Source: Breznakia sp. PF5-3
GTDB taxonomy: Bacteria; Bacillota_I; Bacilli_A; Erysipelotrichales; Erysipelotrichaceae
Direction: 5' to 3'
Assembly (NCBI RefSeq): GCF_029504745.1
Contig: NZ_JAQFIQ010000001.1
Coordinates: forward strand, 90,001-122,000
Length of the DNA: 32,000 bases
Positions 10,699 through 18,779 of the stretch are shown here, in pieces. Position numbers and translations under genes: made by a program. The notes under the pieces are model-generated. The model did not search any database and was not told where the DNA came from. It worked only from the letters and a program-made list of their open reading frames with translations. Position 1 is the stretch's first letter; each line of letters opens with the position of its first letter.

Positions 10699-11965
10699 AT
10701 TTGAAACAAAAAATGCTTTTTTACAAGAAGATATAACTTCTTATCAAGATGAGGTTACAAAACTTCATGATGCTTTAATGAACAAAACAGGGAAAGGAAA
10801 TGACTTTCTTGGTTGGGTTGATTGGTGCAACAATTATGATAAAGCAGAATTTGAAAGAGTAAAGCAAGCGGCATCATATATTAAAGAAAATTGTGATGTG
10901 TTCCTTGTGTGTGGAATCGGAGGATCTTATTTAGGAGCTCGTGCAGCGATTGAAATGATCAATGGATTATATGCTGATAAAAAGCCAGAAATTATTTTCT
11001 GTGGAAATACATTTTCGTCAACATATACAAAACAAGTTTTAGATTATATTAAAGATAAAGATGTATGCTTGAATGTTATTTCTAAATCTGGTACTACAAC
11101 AGAGACGGCATTAGCATTCCGATTGTTCAAACAAGCAATTGAAGAAAAATATGGCAAGGAAGAAGCAAGTAAAAGAATTGTAGCAACGACAGATGGTGCA
11201 AAAGGTACTTTGTATGAATTAGCTAAAAAAGAAGGTTATGATATGTATGTGATCCCAGATGATATTGGTGGTCGCTTTAGTGTAATTACACCAGTAGGAC
11301 TTTTACCAATTGCTGTTGCAGGTATTGATATTGATGAACTTATGAATGGGGTTACACAAGCGTATAATGACTTTAATACTGCAGATTTAACAAAAAACCC
11401 AGCATATGCTTATGCTGTTGCAAGACGTATTCTTGAAAAACAAGGAAAAAGTGCCGAAATGTTTGTTACTTATGATTTACAAACAACGATGCTTGCCGAA
11501 TGGTGGAAACAATTATTTGGTGAATCAGAAGGGAAGAATGGCTGTGGACTTTTGCCTACAAGCGCGACATTCTCTACCGATTTACACTCTTTAGGACAAT
11601 TTGTCCAAGATGGAAAGAAATTGTTATTTGAAACGTTAGTTTTATTTGAAAAACCAACCGAAGATATTATCTTCCCTAATGATGATGATAATTTGGATTC
11701 AATGAATTATCTTGCAGGGAAAAATGTTGATTGGGTCAATAAAATGGCAATGAAAGGTACTTTGCAAGCGCATGTGGAAACAGGAAAAGTTCCAAACTTA
11801 GAAATTATTGTACCAGATATGAGTGCTTATTCATTTGGATATCTAGTATATTTCTTCTTTAGAGCTTGTGCTATGACTGTTTATTTAATTGATCAAAATC
11901 CGTTTGATCAACCAGGAGTAGAAGTATATAAGAAAAACATGTTTAAGCTATTAGGAAAAAACTAA
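10691..11965 (+). CDS. pgi: Glucose-6-phosphate isomerase
   Basis: Motifs GIGGSYLG, ISKSGTTTE and GGRFSV are present. I prefer the ATG at 10691 (MIKFETK), which follows the SD GGAGG at 10681-10685. The track start at 10679 is in frame. The gene overlaps the end of the S1 gene. Confidence 0.95.
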   Translation: MIKFETKNAFLQEDITSYQDEVTKLHDALMNKTGKGNDFLGWVDWCNNYDKAEFERVKQAASYIKENCDVFLVCGIGGSYLGARAAIEMINGLYADKKPEIIFCGNTFSSTYTKQVLDYIKDKDVCLNVISKSGTTTETALAFRLFKQAIEEKYGKEEASKRIVATTDGAKGTLYELAKKEGYDMYVIPDDIGGRFSVITPVGLLPIAVAGIDIDELMNGVTQAYNDFNTADLTKNPAYAYAVARRILEKQGKSAEMFVTYDLQTTMLAEWWKQLFGESEGKNGCGLLPTSATFSTDLHSLGQFVQDGKKLLFETLVLFEKPTEDIIFPNDDDNLDSMNYLAGKNVDWVNKMAMKGTLQAHVETGKVPNLEIIVPDMSAYSFGYLVYFFFRACAMTVYLIDQNPFDQPGVEVYKKNMFKLLGKN

Positions 11966-11968
11966 TTT

Positions 11969-12421
11969 GTGAATACAAGGATTTTTGAAATAGAATGTTC
12001 CAATTGTAATCATACTTGGTTTGTAAAGACAGATACCATATTTCATGATCATATTCATAAACAGATTAAATTTGCATTTTATGATGGTTCATTTTTCAAA
12101 AGAAAGTGTAGCAATTGTGGGGAATTGATTGATTTTAAATGTCCATTGGTGTATTACTTTACAGACAAAAATATCTTAATTTGTCTTGGGTGTGAAGCCC
12201 ATAATGAGCAAGCAAAAAGTTACAATGTTTCTTCAATTGGTGAATTTGTTGAGAATTTGAAAATCATTGACTATGGTTGTACAATGGAAGAAATCATAGC
12301 GTTAAAAAAGAAATTAATAAACTATGATAAATTAATATTTGATAGTTTTGCAGATAATTGTTATTTCTTTCAGACTAGAGATGGAATCATAGCGATTGAA
12401 AAAATAGTGAAAGTACGATGA
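11969..12421 (+). CDS. Small zinc-ribbon protein, CpXC-domain-like
   Basis: The GTG start lies 3 nt after the pgi stop. Two CxxC pairs are present (CSNC at residues 10-13 and CSNC at 47-50), followed by PLVYYFTD. This layout matches my memory of the CpXC family. A terminator follows. Function is unknown. Confidence 0.5.
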   Translation: MNTRIFEIECSNCNHTWFVKTDTIFHDHIHKQIKFAFYDGSFFKRKCSNCGELIDFKCPLVYYFTDKNILICLGCEAHNEQAKSYNVSSIGEFVENLKIIDYGCTMEEIIALKKKLINYDKLIFDSFADNCYFFQTRDGIIAIEKIVKVR

Positions 12422-12440
12422 TAAAATCGTACTTTTTTTA
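12411..12440 (+). terminator. Rho-independent terminator
   Basis: AAGTACGA (12411-12418) pairs with TCGTACTT (12427-12434). The 8-nt loop contains the stop codon. A T7 run at 12433-12439 follows. Confidence 0.85.
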
Positions 12441-12449
12441 GATAATTAC

Positions 12450-12502
12450 TTGAAAAATATAGAATTAGGTATATAATGAACATATGAACAAACGTTCATA
12501 TG
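12450..12502 (+). promoter_or_regulatory. Sigma-A type promoter plus ArsR/SmtB-type operator of the cad operon
   Basis: The -35 TTGAAA is at 12450-12455 and, after a 16-nt spacer, the -10 TATAAT is at 12472-12477. An inverted repeat follows immediately: CATATGAAC (12481-12489), a 4-nt spacer, then GTTCATATG (12494-12502). Its TGAAC/GTTCA core is as in known SmtB/ArsR-family operators. The SD GAGGTGG and the ATG at 12513 come next. Confidence 0.8.
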
Positions 12503-12512
12503 AGGTGGTATT

Positions 12513-12854
12513 ATGGAACATCATTGTGAAATTATTGATGAAAAAGAAGTTATGAAGTTAAAAGCGAACATGCTACATATGGATGATACAGAAGAATTGG
12601 CTGTGTTTTTCAAAATGTATGCAGATCCAACCAGACTAAAAATTTTGAATCTTTTATTTCAAAGTGAATTGTGTGTTTGTGATATTGCATACTTATTAGG
12701 TATGAGTCATTCAGCGACTTCACATCAACTTGCGGTATTAAAGCGTAATCGTATTATTAAGTCTCGTCGCGAGAAAAAGAATGTTTTTTATTCTTTGGAT
12801 GATCGTCACATTGAAATGATTTATAATGCTGCATTCGAACATATAAAGGAGTGA
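12513..12854 (+). CDS. cadC: ArsR/SmtB family metalloregulator, CadC-like
   Basis: The wHTH is LGMSHSATSHQLAVLKRNRII. The alpha-3 motif ELCVCD plus an N-terminal Cys (MEHHC) suggests an alpha-3N thiolate site. The C-terminal DRH-x10-HIKE fits the alpha-5 DxHx10HxxE site. Confidence 0.88.
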   Translation: MEHHCEIIDEKEVMKLKANMLHMDDTEELAVFFKMYADPTRLKILNLLFQSELCVCDIAYLLGMSHSATSHQLAVLKRNRIIKSRREKKNVFYSLDDRHIEMIYNAAFEHIKE

Positions 12855-12858
12855 TACT

Positions 12859-15108
12859 ATGAGTCAAAGAAATGAAACGCATATGCACGAACACAACCAT
12901 GATGGATCGTGTTGCAATCACACAAGTCGTGTGGAAAAACAAGAGGTGAATGAAAATCATCACCATGACCATGATCATTCTCACTGCAGTTGTGAAAGCC
13001 AAGCAGAAGAGGATGATGTAGGCGATATACAGGCCAAATATAAATATAAGATAGTTGGTCTTGATTGTGCTAATTGTGCAATGAAAGTAGAGGATACCCT
13101 CAATAAGCAAAATTTTATTAAGGATGCAAAAATAAATTTTTCTAGCGGTTTGCTATATGTAAATCCTAGTAAGCAAGCAAATGATGATACTTTACAAGAG
13201 AAGATTGCAAAGATTGTAGATGATGTTGAACCAGGTGTTAAAATTGTTGATACAGAAAGTGATGTTGATACAAGTAATAAGGGTGAATTGATTCATCTAC
13301 TAGTAGGTATTGGATTGTTTTTGATTGCTCTTTATTTTGAATCGAGGATTAACTTTTCACCAATTTTCTTATATATGATTCCATATTTATTCATTGGCTA
13401 TAAAGTATTATGGAAATCTGTCCGCAATATTATGAAAGGTGAGATTTTCGATGAAAACTTTTTAATGTCTATCGCTACCATTGGAGCCTTTGTTGTTGGG
13501 TCTTATGAAGAAGCAGTGGAAGTTATGTTGTTTTATAGCATTGGTGAACTTTTACAATCTTATGCAGTTAATAAATCAAGACGTTCTATATCTGATTTAA
13601 TGGATATCAAGAGTGAATATGCTAATTTGATTAAGAGTGATGGTAGTGAAGTGAAAGTGGATCCAAAATCTTTAAAAATAAATGATATGATTAGTATCAA
13701 GGCAGGAGAAAAGGTTCCTGTTGATGGTGTTATTGTGAATGGAGCATCATCTTTAGATATTTCTGCTCTTAGTGGTGAAGCTGCTTTAAAAGATGTTGGT
13801 GCCGATGATGAAATTTTAGCAGGATCCATTAATACAAATGGTCTTCTAAAAGTAAAAGTTACAAAAATCTTTGAAGATTCTACCGTGGCGAAAATATTGG
13901 AACTTGTTGAAAATGCAGCGAATAAAAAATCTCCAATTGAAAATTTTATTACTAAATTTGCTAAGATTTATACTCCAATTGTTGTATTTTTAGCATTGGC
14001 TATCGTTCTTATTCCATCCTTAATCTATGGATTTGATGAGTTCAATACATGGTTATATCGTGGATGTACATTCTTAGTTATATCTTGTCCATGTGCACTT
14101 GTTGTATCTGTACCATTAGGTGTATTTGCTGGTATTGGTAGCGCAAGTAAAATTGGTGCACTTGTGAAAGGCGGGAATTATTTAGAATTATTGAATGATG
14201 TAAATTGTATTATCTTTGATAAAACTGGAACAATTACAAAAGGGAATTTTGAAGTCAGTGATTGGAGTGGTGATTCAAACATCTTAGAGTATGCAGCATA
14301 TGCTGAAAGTTATTCTAATCATCCGATTGCAAAGAGTATTGTTTCAAAATATGGTAAAAAAATTGATTTTAAACGTTTGGAAAACTATCAGGAACTTGCT
14401 GGTTTTGGAGTAAGTGTAGAATTTGATGGAAAAGCTTTAATCGCTGGTAACGAAAAACTAATGAAGCAAGAAAAAATTGAATATACTGAAACGGATGCAC
14501 TTGGCACAGTTATATATATTGCATATGACGGACTTTTTGTAGGGTATATAATAATTAGTGATGAAATTAAAAAATCTAGTAGAGAGGCTTTAAATGAACT
14601 CAGAGAGCTTGGTATTACCAATACTGTTATGTTAACTGGTGATCGTGAAGCAATTGCTAATAATATTGCAAATGATGTAGGAATTCAAAGTGTTCATGCA
14701 CAATTGTTACCACAAGATAAAGTTTCTATTTTAGAAAACTACTTGTCTAATAAAGATAATACTGTAGCCTTTGTTGGTGATGGCATTAATGATGCTCCAT
14801 CGCTTATGCGTGCAGATATAGGTATATCTATGGGAGGTATTGGTAGTGATGTAGCAATTGAAGCAAGTGATCTTGTTCTTATGACAGATGATTTGTTACT
14901 TATTCCCAAAACGATTAAAATTAGTCGTAAGACTAAAAAAATCGTTATGCAAAACATAATATTCTCACTTGCAGTTAAATTGATTGTTTTAATTCTATCA
15001 GCAATTGGTGTTGCAAATATGAGGATGGGAGTCTTTGCAGATGTTGGTGTTACTTTGATAGCAATTATAAACTCCATGCGTGCTTTAATTGCATATAAGC
15101 ATGTATAA
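12859..15108 (+). CDS. cadA: Heavy-metal (Cd2+/Zn2+/Pb2+ type) translocating P1B-type ATPase
   Basis: There is an HMA domain with GLDCANCA, the transmembrane CPC motif (SCPCALV), the phosphorylation site DKTGTIT, and TGD and GDGINDAP motifs. The N-terminal extension is His/Cys-rich. Confidence 0.93.
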   Translation: MSQRNETHMHEHNHDGSCCNHTSRVEKQEVNENHHHDHDHSHCSCESQAEEDDVGDIQAKYKYKIVGLDCANCAMKVEDTLNKQNFIKDAKINFSSGLLYVNPSKQANDDTLQEKIAKIVDDVEPGVKIVDTESDVDTSNKGELIHLLVGIGLFLIALYFESRINFSPIFLYMIPYLFIGYKVLWKSVRNIMKGEIFDENFLMSIATIGAFVVGSYEEAVEVMLFYSIGELLQSYAVNKSRRSISDLMDIKSEYANLIKSDGSEVKVDPKSLKINDMISIKAGEKVPVDGVIVNGASSLDISALSGEAALKDVGADDEILAGSINTNGLLKVKVTKIFEDSTVAKILELVENAANKKSPIENFITKFAKIYTPIVVFLALAIVLIPSLIYGFDEFNTWLYRGCTFLVISCPCALVVSVPLGVFAGIGSASKIGALVKGGNYLELLNDVNCIIFDKTGTITKGNFEVSDWSGDSNILEYAAYAESYSNHPIAKSIVSKYGKKIDFKRLENYQELAGFGVSVEFDGKALIAGNEKLMKQEKIEYTETDALGTVIYIAYDGLFVGYIIISDEIKKSSREALNELRELGITNTVMLTGDREAIANNIANDVGIQSVHAQLLPQDKVSILENYLSNKDNTVAFVGDGINDAPSLMRADIGISMGGIGSDVAIEASDLVLMTDDLLLIPKTIKISRKTKKIVMQNIIFSLAVKLIVLILSAIGVANMRMGVFADVGVTLIAIINSMRALIAYKHV

Positions 15109-15134
15109 TTAACAGTAGTATTATTTAATAATTT

Positions 15135-15170
15135 AAAAAAACTAGACACATAAATCATGTCTAGTTTTTT
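15135..15170. terminator. Bidirectional rho-independent terminator between convergent cadA and the LCP gene
   Basis: ACTAGACA (15141-15148) pairs with TGTCTAGT (15158-15165). The hairpin is flanked by A6 upstream and T6 downstream, so it reads as hairpin plus U-run on both strands. Confidence 0.85.
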
Positions 15171-15208
15171 GATGTAATCGCTATTTTGCTATATTGAGAA
15201 AATATTTC

Positions 15209-16957
15209 TTATCCTCCTGATTCAGGAGTCTCAGGTTCTGTTGGTGTTGTTTCTGGAGGGGCAGTTTCCCCTGGGTCTGGAACAGTAGGTTCTACAGGCT
15301 TTTCTTCAGGCTCTTCTTCTGGAATGTAAGGCGTTTCTGTTTCAGGGACATAATAGTCATCGTCATAATTTGTATTTTCATTCACTTGTACATTTCCACC
15401 ACTATAAGTTTCAAGGTAAGTAACGCCTTCCACTTCTTCATAACTAGGTAATTGTGCTCCCAAGTCATTTAAATCAAAAGCAAATTTCTTAAACGTTGTA
15501 GGCTTTATGATCATTTGATATTTTTTATATAGAGTATCTAAGTCCGTCATACTTAATACATAACATGATAAAGGGGTATTACTTCCCATACTTGCTGTTG
15601 TAAGCATGTAAGAACCACCATGATCCATTGATGTATTACCAAATGTCCAAGGACTTAAATCATTTAATTCATTGTTTATGAAATCAGAAAGTTGATCATA
15701 AGAGATATTCGTTTTTACATATTTAGGAACAATATCTAATAATGCTGGTACTTTTGTAGCACCATCTTTTGTAAGTAGTTTATTAGCAATTCCTTTTACA
15801 ACTAATTGTTGTGCTTGAGTACGTTCAATATCACCATAAGTTTTACGATGTCTAGCTAATGCTAATGATTCTTCACCATTAAGTGTTTGAAGTCCCTTAT
15901 CCAACACAATTAAATCTTCAGGAGCAAAACTTCTTTTTGAATTTTGTTCTTCAAAGGCAATTGGAACATCAACTTCAATACCTCCAATAGCATCAACAAT
16001 CTGAACGACAGATGTAAAGTTAACTTGTACATAGAAATCAATGTCAAAACCAATTACATCATCTAAAGAATCCATGGTATTTTCAATTCCATCATTACTC
16101 GTGTGTGTCAATTTGTCATCGCCACCACCCAAAGCTAAATTTGGAATATAAGCATCCCTAGGGAAGGAAACCATCTCTACGTGATTTGTTAAAGGATTGA
16201 CAATCAAAATCATATTAACATCACTACGTAAACTTGCTTCACCATCATCTGTAGTATCAACACCACTTAAGAGAATGGTAAATGGTTCTTTGGTAAGATC
16301 TTTTGTATTTTCTGAAGTATTTGTATTTGTTACTTTTCTTTTATACGTTGCAATTGTTTTGATGCCTTCTGTGTAGCCTTCACGTTCTGCTTCAACATGT
16401 TGTAAATAAGAAGAAGTAATAATCATTGCATCGATATCATTAGCATCCATTTTTTCAGCTAAAGATAAGTAGCTTTCTTCTTTTACATAATTAATGTTAT
16501 TCGCTACTTTATTCAATTGCTTTTTACCGTAATTCGCATTTTCTTTATCTAGTCCATCTTGGACACCAACTTTTTTATCTGAGAGATCACTATCTGATTC
16601 TAAATTACTATCATTTTTTGCAATTACAGTAATCGTTATATATTTATCTTGATTTGTATTTGTAATTTGTCGAATTGAAGAAACTCCTTTATGCGCATAA
16701 AATGCAGAAAATCCATATAGCCCACAAAGAATTACAATCATAAATCGACGACCCCATAATGGCTTTCCACTCATCTTTTTAAAAGAAAGTGCTAAAAAGA
16801 TAAGATATATTAATAAGAAAATCGCCAAGGCAGCAATTCTCCATTTTTCTGGTAAGCTCTTAATATCCCAAATATAATAACAGCTCAATGCCATCAATAG
16901 AGTTAAGGTAATTAACAATACATAATCTGCAATTCTTGATTTTTTTAACCGTCCCAT
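15209..16957 (-). CDS. LCP (LytR-CpsA-Psr) family cell-wall glycopolymer transferase, membrane anchored
   Basis: It has N-terminal TM helices and an extra extracytoplasmic module. The LCP core follows: LLSGVDTT...SLRSDVNMILIVNP...VSFPRDAYIP...KLTHT...DAIGGIEVDV...ALALARHRK. The C-terminal tail is Pro/Glu/Thr-rich. Confidence 0.87.
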   Translation of the reverse strand: MGRLKKSRIADYVLLITLTLLMALSCYYIWDIKSLPEKWRIAALAIFLLIYLIFLALSFKKMSGKPLWGRRFMIVILCGLYGFSAFYAHKGVSSIRQITNTNQDKYITITVIAKNDSNLESDSDLSDKKVGVQDGLDKENANYGKKQLNKVANNINYVKEESYLSLAEKMDANDIDAMIITSSYLQHVEAEREGYTEGIKTIATYKRKVTNTNTSENTKDLTKEPFTILLSGVDTTDDGEASLRSDVNMILIVNPLTNHVEMVSFPRDAYIPNLALGGGDDKLTHTSNDGIENTMDSLDDVIGFDIDFYVQVNFTSVVQIVDAIGGIEVDVPIAFEEQNSKRSFAPEDLIVLDKGLQTLNGEESLALARHRKTYGDIERTQAQQLVVKGIANKLLTKDGATKVPALLDIVPKYVKTNISYDQLSDFINNELNDLSPWTFGNTSMDHGGSYMLTTASMGSNTPLSCYVLSMTDLDTLYKKYQMIIKPTTFKKFAFDLNDLGAQLPSYEEVEGVTYLETYSGGNVQVNENTNYDDDYYVPETETPYIPEEEPEEKPVEPTVPDPGETAPPETTPTEPETPESGG

Positions 16958-16977
16958 AAATTCACCTCATGCTCATA

Positions 16978-17007
16978 ATTATATAATAAAAAGCATACAC
17001 ATTGCAA
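16978..17007 (-). promoter_or_regulatory. Putative sigma-A promoter for the downstream LCP gene
   Basis: On the minus strand the -35 TTGCAA is at 17002-17007 and, after an 18-nt spacer, the -10 TATAAT is at 16978-16983. The SD GAGGTGA then precedes the ATG at 16957. Confidence 0.55.
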
Positions 17008-17054
17008 AAATAACATATTTTCCCACAAAATATCATTTTAAGATACTTTATAAA

Positions 17055-17093
17055 AGTTTAAAAAAGCAAATCGTTTTTCATTGATTTGCTTTT
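17055..17093 (-). terminator. Rho-independent terminator of the upstream LCP gene
   Basis: On the plus strand AAAAGCAAATC (17062-17072) pairs with GATTTGCTTTT (17083-17093) around a 10-nt loop. On the minus strand the stem runs into a U-run. It lies 13 nt past the stop at 17106-17108. Confidence 0.8.
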
Positions 17094-17105
17094 GTTACTA
17101 TTTAA

Positions 17106-18692
17106 TTATGGGACTAATTCCAAACCTTCTATGTCCTTGAAAGTACTATAAGGTTCATATAGATCATCTAAATCGAAGGTAAGCTCAGATAACTTCTTAG
17201 GGCTCTTTATAAGTTCATAAACGCCATTTACTTGGATAACATCATTTCTTGAAAGATAGTAAATGCTCAACGGCTCATACTCGCCACCAGCTGCTGTTAT
17301 CTCACTTCCATTTCTTCCGTTTGTTAGGTTGACAGAAGATATTGTCCATCCTTTTAAATCATCTACTTGCTTGCGTACAAAAGAACTAAGTTGTTGATCT
17401 GAAAAATTCATTATTACATACTTTGGTATGATTTTTAAGACATCATCAATTTTACTAATTCCTTCTGTTGTTGTAACTTTATTTATAATTCCTTTAATTA
17501 CTTCTAGCTGTGCTTCATTACGACCGATATCTTGATTTAAATAAGATTTCCGATGCCTTGCATAGGCAAGTGCCTGTCTACCATCTAATCGCTGATAACC
17601 AGCTTCAAGACGAATTAAGTCTTCTTCAGCAAAACTTCTCTCTTCATCCTGCTCTTCAATAGCGTTAAGAACATTTACATCGATACCACCCAATGTATCA
17701 ACAATTTCAATAAGTGAGGAAAAAGATATTTTCGCATAGAAATCAATGTCAATTTGAAATGTTTGTTCAACTGCTTCTATTGTATTTGTAACACCATTCC
17801 AACCAGTATGAGTCAGTTTATCGTTTTTTCCATAATATGCTGGATTGGGTACAAAGGAATCTCTTGGAATGGAAATCGTTGTAATATGATTTGTATTTGG
17901 ATTGATAATCATAATCATATTCATATCACTTAAAGATTCTGACAAGACATCCATTTCATCAGTAGCACTAATATATACCGTAAACACTTCTTTGGTAATA
18001 TCAATGTTATTTCCTTCAACTTTGTTTTTATAAGTATAGGTAAAAGATTCAATAATGGTTGAATCTTCGTATAAACCAGCATATACACTATTTAATAGAT
18101 TTTTTTGCTCACGATTAACGACTATTGCATCTACAAGACCTCTATAATAAGCATCATACATACTTTGGTAATCCTCGTATTGTATTTGTTCATAGGTATC
18201 AGAAATTCGCTTTTTAAGATCTTTTTTCACATCTTCGCAAGCTTTTTTGTCACTAGCATTTTGAAATCCAATACTTTTTCCAGATAAATCCTCAATATTT
18301 TCAACTGTATTGATTTCATTGTTCAAAACCATAATATCCATTGTTATCTTTGTTTCACTAACGTTGTTAGAGCCATCCGTGATCCCTGAAAATCCATCAC
18401 TTAGATTTTTCACGAATACAGAAGCAAAAATCAAAGCTCCTGTAATTAATACCATTAATATTCTGCGTACAATTTCAATCGCTTGTTTTTTTAAAAACAT
18501 GCTCAATATACATATTGCATAAATCAAAGCAAAAGCTACAAATGCTAAAATAATGTACTTGTTTGTAAATTTTTTTAATAAAAATAACAAGTATCCAGCG
18601 ATAACAGGATAAGCTATTAAATATATACAATCAATAACTCGACCCCATGAAATCTTTCTTTTTAATTGTCCTTTAGTTTTCAATGTGCCCAC
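17106..18692 (-). CDS. LCP (LytR-CpsA-Psr) family protein, divergent paralog
   Basis: The architecture matches the neighbouring LCP gene (TM helices, extra module, LCP core ISIPRDSFVP...KLTHT...DTLGGIDVNV...ALAYARHRK). The first motif reads SLSDMNMIMIINP, not RSD. The start is ambiguous: a GTG at 18692 or, better supported, an in-frame TTG at 18683 lying 5 nt after the SD GAGGTGG. Confidence 0.82.
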   Translation of the reverse strand: MGTLKTKGQLKRKISWGRVIDCIYLIAYPVIAGYLLFLLKKFTNKYIILAFVAFALIYAICILSMFLKKQAIEIVRRILMVLITGALIFASVFVKNLSDGFSGITDGSNNVSETKITMDIMVLNNEINTVENIEDLSGKSIGFQNASDKKACEDVKKDLKKRISDTYEQIQYEDYQSMYDAYYRGLVDAIVVNREQKNLLNSVYAGLYEDSTIIESFTYTYKNKVEGNNIDITKEVFTVYISATDEMDVLSESLSDMNMIMIINPNTNHITTISIPRDSFVPNPAYYGKNDKLTHTGWNGVTNTIEAVEQTFQIDIDFYAKISFSSLIEIVDTLGGIDVNVLNAIEEQDEERSFAEEDLIRLEAGYQRLDGRQALAYARHRKSYLNQDIGRNEAQLEVIKGIINKVTTTEGISKIDDVLKIIPKYVIMNFSDQQLSSFVRKQVDDLKGWTISSVNLTNGRNGSEITAAGGEYEPLSIYYLSRNDVIQVNGVYELIKSPKKLSELTFDLDDLYEPYSTFKDIEGLELVP

Positions 18693-18779
18693 CTCGAAAT
18701 GATTATATCTTATTTTTTTATAAAAATCTCTATATTTTAAAAATTCTAATTGAAATTATAGTATAATAAGAACATTGAG

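Noticed and set aside
12422-15208. The cadC-cadA unit might be a transposon or IS-borne cassette.
   Set aside because: I found no transposase, no terminal inverted repeats and no target-site duplications flanking it. I therefore report it only as a possibly acquired operon and do not annotate it as a mobile element.
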